From: Balanoglossus misakiensis
Lineage: Eukaryota > Animalia > Hemichordata
Direction: 5' to 3'
Assembly (NCBI GenBank): GCA_040954595.2
Contig: CM082595.2
Span: forward strand, 8,662,317 to 8,726,316
DNA: 64,000 bases
The notes under the pieces were generated by a model. That model was not told the DNA's origin. It ran no database searches and saw only the letters and a program-made list of their open reading frames with translations. Below, piece after piece: positions 1-11,868 of this stretch. Position numbers and translations under genes: made by a program. Each line of letters opens with the position of its first letter. Within the stretch, counting starts at the first letter, position 1.

Positions 1-3000
1 GGCGTAGCAAGCTTTATGATGCATCAGGGTAGATAGTGATGCAAACACTTCACTTTGACATGGGTATTAAATGCATATGGGGATTTCAGGTTGTTGAAAA
101 ATCTGTGGGTTAATACGTGTCGAAAAGCACTGTACTTTGACATTGCTAATGCAATGATGACATTGAATCTGATTCTTTGCATCAGGGTAAATGGCGAAGC
201 AAGGTTGATTATGCATCAGGATAGATAGTGATGCAAGCCCTTCACTTTGACATGTGTATAAAATGCCTACAGGGGGATTTAAAGTTGTCTGTAAATCCCT
301 GGGTTAATACGTGGCGGAAAGCACTGTACTTTGACATTGCTAATGTAACGATGACATTGAATCGGATTCTTTGCATCAGGGTAAATGGCGTAGCAAGCTT
401 TATGATGCATCAGGGTAGATAGTGATGCAAACACTTCACTTTGACATTGGTATTAAATGCATATGGGGATTTCAAGTTGATGATAAATCCCTGGGTTAAT
501 ACGTGTCCAAACGCACTATAATTTGACATTGCTAATGCAACGATGACATTGAATCTGATTCTTTGCATCAGGGTATATGGCGTAGCAAGCTTTATGATGC
601 ATCAGGGTAGATAGTAATGCAAACACTTCACTTTGACATGGGTATTAAATGCATATGAGGATTTCAGGTTGTTGAAAAATCTGTGGGTTAATACGTGTCC
701 AAAAGCACTGTACTTTGACATTGCTAATGCAACGATGACATTGATTATGATTCTTTGCATCAGGGTAAATGGCGTAGAAAGCTTTATGATGCATCAGGGT
801 AGATAGTAATGCAAACACTTCACTTTGACATGGGTATTAAATGCATATGGGGATTTCAGGTTGTTGAAAAATCTGTGGGTTAATACGTGTCCAAAAGCAC
901 TGTACTTTGACATTGCTAATGCAACGATGACATTGAATCTGATTCTTTGCATCAGGGTAAATGGCGTAGCAAGCTTTATGATGCATCAGGGTAGATAGTA
1001 ATGCAAACACTTCACTTTGACATGGGTATTAAATGCATATGGGGATTTCAGGTTGTTGAAAAATCTGTGGGTTAATACGTGTCAAAAAGCACTGTACTTT
1101 GACATTGCTAATGCAATGATGACATTGAATCTGATTCTTTGCATCAGGGTAAATGGCATAGCAAGCTTTATGATGCATCAGGGTAGATAGTGATGCAAAC
1201 ACTTCACTTTGACATGGGTATAAAATGCCTACAGGGGGATTTTAAGTTGTCTGTAAATCCCTGGGTTAATACGTGTCCAAAAACACTGTACTTTGACATT
1301 GCTAATGCAGCGATGACATTGAATCTGATTCTTTGCATCAGGGTAAATGGCGAAGCAAGGTTGATGATGCATCAGGGTAGATAGTGATGCAAGCTCTGCA
1401 CTTTGACATGGGTATAAAATGCCTACAGGGGGATTTAAAGTTGTCTGTAAATCCCTGGGTTAATATGTGGCGGAAAGCACTGTACTTTGACATTGCATAT
1501 GCAATGGTGACATTGAATGGGATTCTTTGCATTAGGGCAAATGGCGAAGCAAGCTCAATGATGCATCAGAGTAGATGGTGATGCAAACTCTGCACTTTCA
1601 CATGGGTATTTAATGTTAAATGTAAATCCATAGGTTAATACGTGGCCAAAAGCACTCTAATTTGACATTGCTAATGGAACGATGACATTGAATCTGATTC
1701 TCTGCATCAGGGCAAATGGCGAAGCAAGGTTGATGATGCATCAGGGTAGATAGTGATGCAATCACTTCACTTTGACATTGGTATTAAATGCATATGGGGA
1801 TTTCAAGTTGATGATAAATCCCTGGGTTAATACGTGTCCAAAAGCACTGTACTTTGACATTGCTAATGCAACGATGACATTGAATCTGATTCTTTGCATC
1901 AGGGTAAATGGCGTAGCAAGCTTTATGATGCATCAGGGTAGATAGTGATGCAAACACTTCACTTTGACATGGGTATTAAATGCATATGGGGATTTCAGGT
2001 TGTTGAAAAATCTGTGGGTTAATACGTGTCCAAAAGCACTGTACTTTGACATTGCTAATGCAACGATGACATTGAATCTGATTCTTTGCATCAGGGTAAA
2101 TGGCGAAGCAAGGTTGATTATGCATCAGGGTAGATAGTGATGCAAGCTCTGCACTTTGACATGGGTATAAAATGCCTACAGGGGGATTTAAAGTTGTCTG
2201 TAAATCCCTGGGTTAATATGTGGCGGAAAGCACTGTACTTTGACATTGCATATGCAATGGTGACATTGAATGGGATTCTTTGCATTAGGGCAAATGGCGA
2301 AGCAAGCTCAATTATGCATCAGAGTAGATGGTGATGCAAACTCTGCACTTTCACATGGGTATTTAATGTTAAATGTAAATCCATAGGTTAATACGTGGCC
2401 AAAAGCACTCTAATTTGACATTGCTAATGCAACGATGACATTGAATCTGATTCTTTGCATCTGGGCAAATGGCGAAGCAAGGTTGATGATGCATCAGGGT
2501 AGATAGTGATGCAATCACTTCACTTTGACATGGGTATTAAATGCATATGGGGATTTCAAGTTGATGATAAATCCCTGGGTTAATACGTGTCCAAAAGCAA
2601 TGTACTTTGACATTGCTAATGTAACGATGACATTGAATATGATTCTTTGCATCAGGGTAAATGGCGTAGCAAGGTTTATGATGCATCAGGGTAGATAGTG
2701 ATGCAAACACTTCACTTTGACATGGGTATAAAATGCCTACAGGGGGATTTAAAGTTGTCTGTAAATCCCTGGGTTAATACGTGTCCAAAAGCACTGTACT
2801 TTGACATTGCTAATGCAACGATGACATTGAATCTGATTCTTTGCATCAGGGTAAATGGCGAAGCAAGGTTGATGATGCATCAGGGTAGATAGTGATGCAA
2901 GCTCTGCACTTTGACATGGGTATAAAATGCCTACAGGGGGATTTAAAGTTGTCTGTAAATCCCTGGGTTAATACGTGGCGGATAGCACTGTACTTTGACA

Positions 3001-6000
3001 TTGCATATGCAATGGTGACATTGAATGGGATTCTTTGCATTAGGGCAAATGGCAAAGCAAGCTCAATGATGCATCAGAGTAGATGGTGATGCAAACTGTG
3101 CACTTTCACATGGGTATTTAATGTTAAATGTAAATCCATAGGTTAATACGTGGCCAAAAGCACTCTAATTTGACATTGCTAATGGAACGATGACGTTGAA
3201 TCTGATTCTTTGCATCAGGGCAAATGGCGAAGCAAGGTTGATGATGCATCAGGGTAGATAGTGATGCAATCACTTCACTTTGACATGGGTATTAAATGCA
3301 TATGGGGATTTCAGGTTGTTGAAAAATCTGTGGGTTAATACGTGTCGAAAAGCACTGTACTTTGACATTGCTAATGCAATGATGACATTGAATCTGATTC
3401 TTTGCATCAGGGTAAATGGCGTAGCAAGCTTTATGATGCATCAGGGTAGATAGTGATGCAAACAGTTCACTTTGACATGGGTATTAAATGCATATGGGGA
3501 TTTCAGGTTGTTGAAAAATCTGTGGGTTAATACATGTGGAAAAGCACTGTACTTTGACATTGCTAATGCAATGATGACATTGAATCTGATTCTTTGCATC
3601 AGGGTAAATGGCGTAGCAAGCTTTATGATGCATCAGGGTAGATAGTGATGCAAACACTTCACTTTGACATAGGGGTATAAAATGCCTACAGGGGAATTTA
3701 AAGTTGTCTGTAAATCCCTGGGTTAATACGTGTCCAAAAGCACTGTACTTTGACATTGCTAATGCAACGATGACATTGAATCTGATTCTTTGCATCAGGG
3801 TAAATGGCGAAGCAAGGTTGATGATGCATCAGGGTAGATAGTGATGCAAGCTCTGCACTTTGACATGGGTATAAAATGCCTACAGGGGGATTTAAAGTTG
3901 TCTGTAAATCCCTGGGTTAATACGTGGCGGATAGCACTGTACTTTGACATTGCATATGCAATGGTGACATTGAATGGGATTCTTTGCATTAGGGCAAATG
4001 GCGAAGCAAGCTCAATGATGCATCAGAGTAGATGGTGATGCAAACTGTGCACTTTCACATGGGTATTTAATGTTAAATGTAAATCCATAGGTTAATACGT
4101 GGCCAAAAGCACTCTAATTTGACATTGCTAATGGAACGATGACATTGAATCTGATTCTTTGCATCAGGGCAAATGGCGAAGCAAGGTTGATGATGCATCA
4201 GGGTAGATAGTTATGCAATCACTTCACTTTGACATTGGTATTAAATGCATATGGGGATTTCAAGTTGATGATAAATCCCTGGGTTAATACGTGTCCAAAA
4301 GCACTGTACTTTGACATTGCTAATGCAACGATGACATTGAATCAGATTCTTTGCATCAGGGTAAATGGCGTAGCAAGCTTTATGATGCATCAGGGTAGAT
4401 AGTGATGCAAACACTTCACTTTGACATGGGTATAAAATGCCTACAGGGGAATTTAAAGTTGTCTGTAAATCCCTGGGTTAATACGTGTCCAAAAGCACCG
4501 TACTTTGACATTGCTAATGCAACGATGACATTGAATCTGATTCTTTGCATCAGGGTAAATGGCGAAGCAAGGTTGATGATGCATCAGGGTAGATAGTGGT
4601 GCAAGCTCTGCACTTTGACATGGGTATAAAATGCCTACAGGGGGATTTAAAGTTGTCTGTAAATCCCTGGGTTAATACGTGGCGGATAGCACAGTACTTT
4701 GACATTGCATATGCAATGGTGACATTGAATGGGATTCTTTGCATTAGGGCAAATGGCGAAGCAAGCTCAATGATGCATCAGAGTAGATGGTGATGCAAAC
4801 TGTGCCCTTTCACATGGGTATTTAATGTTAAATGTAAATCCATAGGTTAATACGTGGCCAAAAGCACTCTAATTTGACATTGCTAATGGAACGATGACAT
4901 TGAATCTGATTCTTTGCATCAGGGCAAATGGCGAAGCAAGGTTGATGATGCATCAGGGTAGATAGTTATGCAATCACTTCACTTTGACATTGGTATTAAA
5001 TGCATATGGGGATTTCAAGTTGATGATAAATCCCTGGGTTAATACATGTCCAAAAGCACTGTACTTTGACATTGCTAATGCAACGATGACATTGAATCTG
5101 ATTCTTTGCATCAGGGTAAATGGCGTAGCAAGCTTTATGATGCATCAGGGTAGATAGTGATGCAAACAGTTCACTTTGACATGGGTATTAAATGCATATG
5201 GGGGGATTTAAAGTTGTCTGTAAATCCCTGGGTTAATACGTGGCGGAAAGCACTGTACTTGGACATTGCATATGCAATGGTGACATTGAATGGGATTATT
5301 TGCATTAGGGCAAATGGCGAAGCAAGCTCAATGATGCATCGGAGTAGATGGTGATGCAAACTCTGCACTTTCACATGGGTATTTAATGTTAAATGTAAAT
5401 CCATAGGTTAATACGTGGCCAAAAGCACTCTAATTTGACATTGCTAATGCAACGATGACATTGAATCTGATTCTTTGCATCAGGGCAAATGGCGAAGCAA
5501 GGTTGATGATGCATCAGGGTAGATAGTGATGCAATCGCTTCAATTTGACATGGGTATTAAATGCATATGGGGATTTCAAGTTGATGATAAATCCCTGGGT
5601 TAATACGTGTCCAAAAGCACTGTACTTTGACATTGCTAATGCAATGATGACATTGAATCTGATTCTTTGCATCAGGGTAAATGGCGTAGCAAGCTTTATG
5701 ATGCATCAGGGTAGATAGTGTTGCAAACACTTCACTTTGACATGGGTATAAAATGCCTACAGGGGGATTTACAGTTGTCTGTAAATCCCTGGGTTAATAC
5801 GTGTCCAAAAGCACTGTACTTTGACATTGCTAATGCAACGATGACATTGAATCTGATTCTTTGCATCAGGGTAAATGGCGAAGCAAGGTTGATTATGCAT
5901 CAGGGTAGATAGTGATGCAAGCTCTGCACTTTGACATGGGTATAAAATGCCTACAGGGGGATTTAAAGTTGTCTGTAAATCCCTGGGTTAATACGTGGCG

Positions 6001-6320
6001 GAAAGCACTGTACTTTGACATTGCATATGCAATGGTGACATTGAATGGGATTCTTTGCATTAGGGCAAATGGCGAAGCAAGCTCAATGATGCATCAGAGT
6101 AGATGGTGATGCAAACTCTGCACTTTCACATGGGTATTTAATGTTAAATGTAAATCCATAGGTTAATACGTGGCCAAAAGCAGTCTAATTTGACATTGCT
6201 AATGCAACGATGACATTGAATCGGATTCTTTGCATCAGGGCAAATGGCGAAGCAAGGTTGATGATGCATCAAGGTAGATATTGATGCAATCACTTCACTT
6301 TGACATGGGTATTAAATGCA
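1..6320. repeat. Satellite A (192/194/175-bp monomers), left arm
   Basis: Continuous tandem copies of ...GCATCAGGGTAGATAGTGATGCAAACACTTCACTTTGACATGGGTAT...; equivalent positions 1190/1384 and 2698/2892 are 194 apart, 2137/2698 are 561 apart (194+175+192), 1384/2137 are 753 apart. Runs off the left edge. Confidence 0.98.
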
Positions 6321-6380
6321 TGTAACGTTGGTATAAAGATGCACACAGACAATATAGCTGGAGTCATCAATACCAGTTCT

Positions 6381-6386
6381 TTTATT
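6381..6386 (-). promoter_or_regulatory. Candidate LTR polyadenylation signal AATAAA (also 13211-13216, 20041-20046)
   Basis: TTTATT on + strand, 60 bp inside the downstream end of the LTR in element orientation. Confidence 0.5.
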
Positions 6387-7295
6387 CCCTATTCCACATT
6401 CATAAGGCAAGGACAAAGAGGAAAACGAAAACCAGGAAGGAAAAGAAAACCTGTGTACAGAAAGTACAGAAAACATCTGTATAAATAATACAGCCGCATG
6501 TCAACACTTTGTTACAATCAACTAGTAATCACATTTTCCGCTGAGAAACCCAAATCACATGTAACTACAGGCAATACAACAACAAATTCAATATATATTG
6601 CTGCATCAGAGAGATGGCGTGCTGAGCAATGGGTAGACTGGATGACTACATCATTACAGTTGCAGTATAACAATAAAAGAGATTTGTTGATGCTTTCCAA
6701 TAATACACGAAACTCACCCTGACAGGATGCAACCTGTGTCTGTGGCTTTGTATAATTCTCTGCACTGTCGCACTAAAACACCTGTTTAGATAGTAAACGG
6801 CAATGTAAGTGTCTCGCAAAACTACAGAGCCTTTCCGCCAGTACATGTAAACATAAAATCAAATTGATGTGGTTTCGCTAAAATGTATGCTGATGAAACT
6901 ACCAAAAAATGCCTTTACCAATGGAATAGCTATGACTGGGGGTCATTTTATGAGAAGTATAAGACTCGGTTTTATGTCAACAATAACACGAAATATCAAA
7001 GTTTGCAAAAAATACTGCAGCGACAACGGTCGCAACTGAACAGTAAACACTTGTCTGTGCGTCGACCATCTGATGTGCACGTACGCTGGCATCAAACGAT
7101 GTATACTAGAAACTTTCAAAAATTGTATGAAAAAGTATTCAAAAAAACTCCAAATATAACACGGGGACGCTTACCAAGCAGGGACTCATGCAGATCTACT
7201 ACACGATGTGGCACAAGCGCTCGATTTTCTGATAAAATGACGAGCAACAATTTCAGTGGGCGCTCAAGAATCAGAGCATTCCCATTTTTGTGAAA

Positions 7296-7307
7296 TGCGC
7301 ATGCGCA
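7296..7307. promoter_or_regulatory. TGCGCATGCGCA palindrome (NRF1/ewg-type consensus) in LTR U3; also 14126-14137, 20956-20967
   Basis: Perfect 12-bp palindrome about 50 bp inside the upstream LTR end; function inferred from motif only. Confidence 0.45.
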
Positions 7308-7357
7308 AGCCAAATTGCGCCCTCAAACATATGAGTGGTCAAAATCGCAGCCTTACA

Positions 7358-7370
7358 CACTTCCCTGCTT
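7358..7370 (-). promoter_or_regulatory. Polypurine tract (copy 1)
   Basis: Minus strand AAGCAGGGAAGTG directly abuts the LTR start TGTAAGG. Confidence 0.8.
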
Positions 7371-7434
7371 GCTGGTTGATGTCCCAGCAACCATTTTCAC
7401 AACAAGGTCATCTTCAAAATTTTAAAATACAATC

Positions 7435-10400
7435 TTAACAGTTCTGGGAATTTAACAATTGTGTCATGAACAAATGAGACTGGACTAAGTTAGCTAGCAT
7501 TTGTGGATCAAGTTTGGGTGGTGGGCTGGCACTAGCGTCACCAGAATTTGACTCGCTAATAGCCGACCGTGGTAAGTGATGCGGGTTAGGATGCAATCCA
7601 GCACTCGCCCTCGTTGATCGTCTCAACTGCGCGCACTCGCCATCTGTCAAAGGCTGTTGAGATTCCTCACCAGAATGTTCAGGCAAACCTGTCCTGCGGG
7701 TCTGTGGCAACTCTTCACGGGACATCACGGTATCATCCCGACATACTGTTCTAGGTTTGTCATCTTCTAACTCTGTGGAGATGTGGGTGGGTGCACTCTG
7801 CTCCTCTGGTTGACCAAGGATGTGACCCAAACTTTTGCTGTCTATACATAAGTCGTCGTCTGAATCACTATCACTGTCCTCTGTCTGTTCGTCCAGTGGC
7901 ACTGTTTCCTGCTTACAGCTGTCATCCATTTCCATAATCATGTGTCTGGCATCTAGCAGCTCACGCCTATGCACAGTCCTCACTGACCTTTCCTTGTCGA
8001 AGGGTTGTATGACATAGGTGTGGCCTCCTGTTTCCAGCCTATTAATTACACGGTATGGTTCGGAGTTCCACGCATCCTGTATCTTGTTCCTGCCTCTTAT
8101 GGCTCTGTTCCTACAGAATACAGTTGTGCCCACAGGCAAATCAGTGTCCTCTGCCTTGGCATCATTTCTGTCACGTCTCCTTTTGGCTTCTCTCTCAGTA
8201 TTTTGTGATGCTATCTCGAAAGCATCGTTCAGTCTCTTTTGGTGTTCCAAAACCCAATCATCCATCTGGCTGTCTGCGTCTGTACAAGCCTCCGTACCGA
8301 GCAGGTGGTCAATTGGAAGGGTAGGTTCTCTCCCAAAAAAGAGGTAGTGTGGGGAATACCCGGTGGATGAATGTGGCGTTATGTTATACGCGTAGACAAT
8401 CTCCGGTAGGTATTCAGGCCACTTCCGTTTCTTCTCTGGAGGGAGGGTACGCAGCCTATCATGGAGGGTTCTGTTGTAACGTTCACATTGCCCATTTCCT
8501 TCTGGGTGATATGGGGTGGTGTGGCTCTTCCTCACGCCGTAAATCTGACACAACTCTTGTATTACCTTGCTTTCAAAATTGCGACCCTGGTCGCTATGGA
8601 TCCGTTGCGGGACGCCAAATCTCACGAACCAGTCTCTAACAAGAGTACGGGCTACGGTAACAGCTCTCTGATCCTTCGTTGGGATCGCCTGAGTGAACTT
8701 GGTGAATATGTCAGTGAGTACGAGAACATTCTCGGTGCCATTCGAGCTGGGTTCGAGTACGGTGAAGTCCATTGCGAGCACTTCCAGTGGTCTCGAAGCT
8801 GTTAGGGAGCCCATGGTGGGATGCAACCGCTTCCCTGCTTTGGCCAAAGTACACCGCTGGCAAGAACGACAATAGTTGGCAACGTCCGCTATCATACCCG
8901 GCCAGTAACACCTACTCCTGACCAAAGCAGTAGTTTTCTCTGCAGCCTGATGCCCAACTTCATCATGAACAGCGTTCAAAACCTTCTCCTTCAGAGTACT
9001 TGGCAGTATCAGCTGGGTGACCTCTCTCCCTGCATCATGCACGACTCGGTAAAGAATGCCATCCTTCTCCCGTACCCTCTTCCAATTCCGCAGAAGCTTG
9101 CGAGCTTCCTTTGGTTCCTTCATCAGTTGACGATTGGTTGGGGGATGTTTGGAATTCCAGTAGAACCACAATCTCCCAACAACATCGTCGGTGGACTGCA
9201 TCAGTTTAAGGTCACTTTCCTGGATGGAGGGGAAGGTTGAACTCGCCCTCGGTTCTATCTTGCTTGACTTGGCCCTGACCTCATTGAGCAACACCTCGGC
9301 TGTCTTCTGTTCAGCTGCAGTACGGACAGTCTGGGGCACACAAGTGGACAATCTAGCGCTTGCAGTGTTCTTAGTAACCAAGTCCATGTTAGTTTCTTCC
9401 AGTCTAACACATCTTGCCTGATCAGTGTGTATTGTTTTACGACTCAATGCGTCAGCGTTCCCATTACTTCTGCCAGACCTGTACTTGACGCTGAAGTTAA
9501 ACTGCGCCAACTCGGCTGCCCATCTCGTCTCGGTCGCTCCTAGTTTGGCAGTGGTCAAGAGGTAACTCAACGGGTTATTGTCCGTGAAGACAGTAAATTC
9601 AGCACCAATAAGCAAGTCACGATATTTCTGTGTAATAGCCCAACGTAGCGCCAACAGCTCAAGCTTCATGCTAGAGTAGTTCGACATATTTCGCTCATTA
9701 GGTTTCAAACTCCTGCTGGCGTAGCTGAGAACAACTACTCTATCCCCTTGCTTTTGGGATAATACAGCCCCTAGTCCATGATAGCTAGCGTCTGTCTCCA
9801 GGATAAAAGGCAACTTAAAGTCCGGATATCCTAATACAGGTGGCGAGACAAGAGCTTGCTTCAACGTGGAAAACGACGTCTCACATGACTCATCCCACAA
9901 ATCAGTGATTGTCCTTTGGAGATTTAGCTTGTTCGCATGTGCTTTCTTTCGCCTTTTCTGACTTCCTGTGTCTTCTGGTTTCTTCAGTAAATTCTGCAGT
10001 GGAGCAGCTATTCTAGCATAACCTGGTACGAACCTTCTATAGTAGCTCGACAGGCCTAGAAAACCTCGCAACTCGCGTTCTGTCCGGGGTTTCGGCCAGT
10101 CTTGTACCGCCTTAACTTTCTCTGGCAGTGGAGCAGTACCATCGGCACTCACAATATGGCCTAGATAGTGGACTTTCTTGCGGAAGAGCTGGCACTTTTC
10201 TGGTTTCACTTTCAAATTCAGTCTGGTTAATCGTGACAGGACCATCTCAAGCCGTTCTAAAGTTTCCTTGAATGTCGAACCAAACACTAGTATATCATCT
10301 AGATATACGAGAAGGGTTTGAAAGTTTTGATCACCGAAAACCTTGTCCATCAGCTTCATAAATGTAGCTGGTGCTCCGGACAGTCCAAACGGCATCTTGA

Positions 10401-11862
10401 CAAACTCATAGTGGCCACCCGTGCCAGACAGAAAAGCTGTCTTCTCAATGTCTTTCTTGGCAACTGGTACCTGATGAAAGCCATGTGCCAGATCAAGACT
10501 ACAAAAGTACTTCGCCCCGTTCAGCACATCCAGCGCTTCCTCTATTCTAGGTAGTGGGTATGCGTCTCTACGTGTCTTGGCATTCAGGGCCCGATAGTCC
10601 ACACATAAGCGCAGCTTTCCACATTTCTTGCGTACCAAAACCACAGGGGAGGCATATGGACTGCTTGACTCTCTTATGATACCTGCATCCAATGATCTCT
10701 GGAGGTATTCCCTCACTTCGTCCCATTGGTGCGGTGGTACTCTCCGGTAGGGTATCTTGACCGGAATGTCATCAGTAGTGGCTATTTCATGTTCAACCAG
10801 ATCGCAGGATCCAATGTCATTTTCATGCCTGCTGAAAATTTGACAATACTTGCTCACTACTTCATTTAAGTCATTCTGTTCTGCTTTGCTAAGCTCACCA
10901 ATATCCATCTTGGATACGATGTCCTTCACAATGGATGAAGTTGTCTCATCCTCACAAGACAATCTCACTTGAACTGAGTTCTCATCAATCTGGTGAAATG
11001 TCACAGTCGGTTCCAAAGAAGCGGACCTAGCAACGCCGACCGGTGTACGGGGTTGCAAATAAACATCGGCATCGCTGAAATTGGCAATGCTCAGGGGAAC
11101 CCTGCCGTCGCGACCAACAGACACGTATGACGCTCCAAGGGCCAGTCCATTTCGTAGCTCAGCCACATGGGTTTCATGTCTCTCTATTACGGCATAATGC
11201 ACTTGTCCTTTAACAGCAGGCCGGACAGAGCCTTCAACAACGTTGATCGATCGAGCCGGGACTAAAATAGGCTTCCTACCAGCAACGCGAACAAGGTGCA
11301 CACCAGGGGGTGTTGCAATTGTCTCTTGATTCACTGCCAGTGGCCTATACATTTCAACTGCATGTAAGAGTTTGATCTCACCATCGCTGGGTGATGATGA
11401 CATCTTCTCGCGGTAGTCCTCACCGTATTTACAGACTAACCTCTGTCTAATATCTCGCAGTACATTAGATCCAATCACGCCCGGAACTCTCCTTTTTCGG
11501 GCTTCAACAGGGGTGTTGACGGGATCTCGCACCACTAGGAATCCAAGGCCATCAAACTTAATGTTGAATACAGTCACAGAAAGCTCCACATACCCGCTGT
11601 AGGGGATTTCCAACCCTTGCGAAGCCGTGATTGTGATGCACGAAGACACATCTACCAATTCCCCTTCCTGAGTCAAATGCTCCCTGAAGAATCGATCTGT
11701 TATAGTTGACACCTCTGCACCAGTATCAATCAAACACGTAGCCTCCACACCACCTAACTTCACCATGGCTGTTGGACAATCGCCAATTGCCTTGAGTATG
11801 ATTGAGCCTCCATTAGTCACAGTCTCGCCTACCACATGGCTCGCGGTAGTAGGCTTGGCTAG
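7435..11862 (-). CDS. pol: Pol polyprotein (protease, RT, RNase H, integrase), copy 1; probably entered by -1 frameshift from gag
   Basis: 1466-aa ORF 7435-11835 has a GTG start only; the frame stays open upstream to the slip site. Motifs: LIDTGA (PR), LRLCVDYRALN / MPFGL / YLDD (RT), ETDAS / TDNNPL / NADALSR (RH), H..GH..CQRC, MDF, SDQG, GQCER (IN). Confidence 0.96.
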   Translation of the reverse strand, partial: LAKPTTASHVVGETVTNGGSIILKAIGDCPTAMVKLGGVEATCLIDTGAEVSTITDRFFREHLTQEGELVDVSSCITITASQGLEIPYSGYVELSVTVFNIKFDGLGFLVVRDPVNTPVEARKRRVPGVIGSNVLRDIRQRLVCKYGEDYREKMSSSPSDGEIKLLHAVEMYRPLAVNQETIATPPGVHLVRVAGRKPILVPARSINVVEGSVRPAVKGQVHYAVIERHETHVAELRNGLALGASYVSVGRDGRVPLSIANFSDADVYLQPRTPVGVARSASLEPTVTFHQIDENSVQVRLSCEDETTSSIVKDIVSKMDIGELSKAEQNDLNEVVSKYCQIFSRHENDIGSCDLVEHEIATTDDIPVKIPYRRVPPHQWDEVREYLQRSLDAGIIRESSSPYASPVVLVRKKCGKLRLCVDYRALNAKTRRDAYPLPRIEEALDVLNGAKYFCSLDLAHGFHQVPVAKKDIEKTAFLSGTGGHYEFVKMPFGLSGAPATFMKLMDKVFGDQNFQTLLVYLDDILVFGSTFKETLERLEMVLSRLTRLNLKVKPEKCQLFRKKVHYLGHIVSADGTAPLPEKVKAVQDWPKPRTERELRGFLGLSSYYRRFVPGYARIAAPLQNLLKKPEDTGSQKRRKKAHANKLNLQRTITDLWDESCETSFSTLKQALVSPPVLGYPDFKLPFILETDASYHGLGAVLSQKQGDRVVVLSYASRSLKPNERNMSNYSSMKLELLALRWAITQKYRDLLIGAEFTVFTDNNPLSYLLTTAKLGATETRWAAELAQFNFSVKYRSGRSNGNADALSRKTIHTDQARCVRLEETNMDLVTKNTASARLSTCVPQTVRTAAEQKTAEVLLNEVRAKSSKIEPRASSTFPSIQESDLKLMQSTDDVVGRLWFYWNSKHPPTNRQLMKEPKEARKLLRNWKRVREKDGILYRVVHDAGREVTQLILPSTLKEKVLNAVHDEVGHQAAEKTTALVRSRCYWPGMIADVANYCRSCQRCTLAKAGKRLHPTMGSLTASRPLEVLAMDFTVLEPSSNGTENVLVLTDIFTKFTQAIPTKDQRAVTVARTLVRDWFVRFGVPQRIHSDQGRNFESKVIQELCQIYGVRKSHTTPYHPEGNGQCERYNRTLHDRLRTLPPEKKRKWPEYLPEIVYAYNITPHSSTGYSPHYLFFGREPTLPIDHLLGTEACTDADSQMDDWVLEHQKRLNDAFEIASQNTEREAKRRRDRNDAKAEDTDLPVGTTVFCRNRAIRGRNKIQDAWNSEPYRVINRLETGGHTYVIQPFDKERSVRTVHRRELLDARHMIMEMDDSCKQETVPLDEQTEDSDSDSDDDLCIDSKSLGHILGQPEEQSAPTHISTELEDDKPRTVCRDDTVMSREELPQTRRTGLPEHSGEESQQPLTDGECAQLRRSTRASAGLHPNPHHLPRSAISESNSGDASASPPPKLDPQMLANLVQSHLFMTQLLNSQNC

Positions 11863-11868
11863 TTTAAC
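11805..11868 (-). promoter_or_regulatory. Candidate -1 ribosomal frameshift cassette (G_UUA_AAC plus stem-loop/pseudoknot); second copy 18635-18698
   Basis: Heptamer 11868-11862 immediately before gag TAG; pol is in the -1 frame; 7-nt spacer then stem GCCTACTAC/GTGGTAGGC. Confidence 0.75.

Larger units (their letters stand above)
6321..7357 (-). repeat. 3' LTR (1037 bp)
   Basis: Starts TGTAACG, ends CCTTACA on + strand; matches 13151-14187 and 19981-21017 except A/G at 6375. Confidence 0.96.

Noticed and set aside
6883-7293. 136-aa antisense ORF inside each LTR
   Set aside because: No recognisable motif; threefold recurrence only reflects LTR identity. Would need conservation in diverged relatives.
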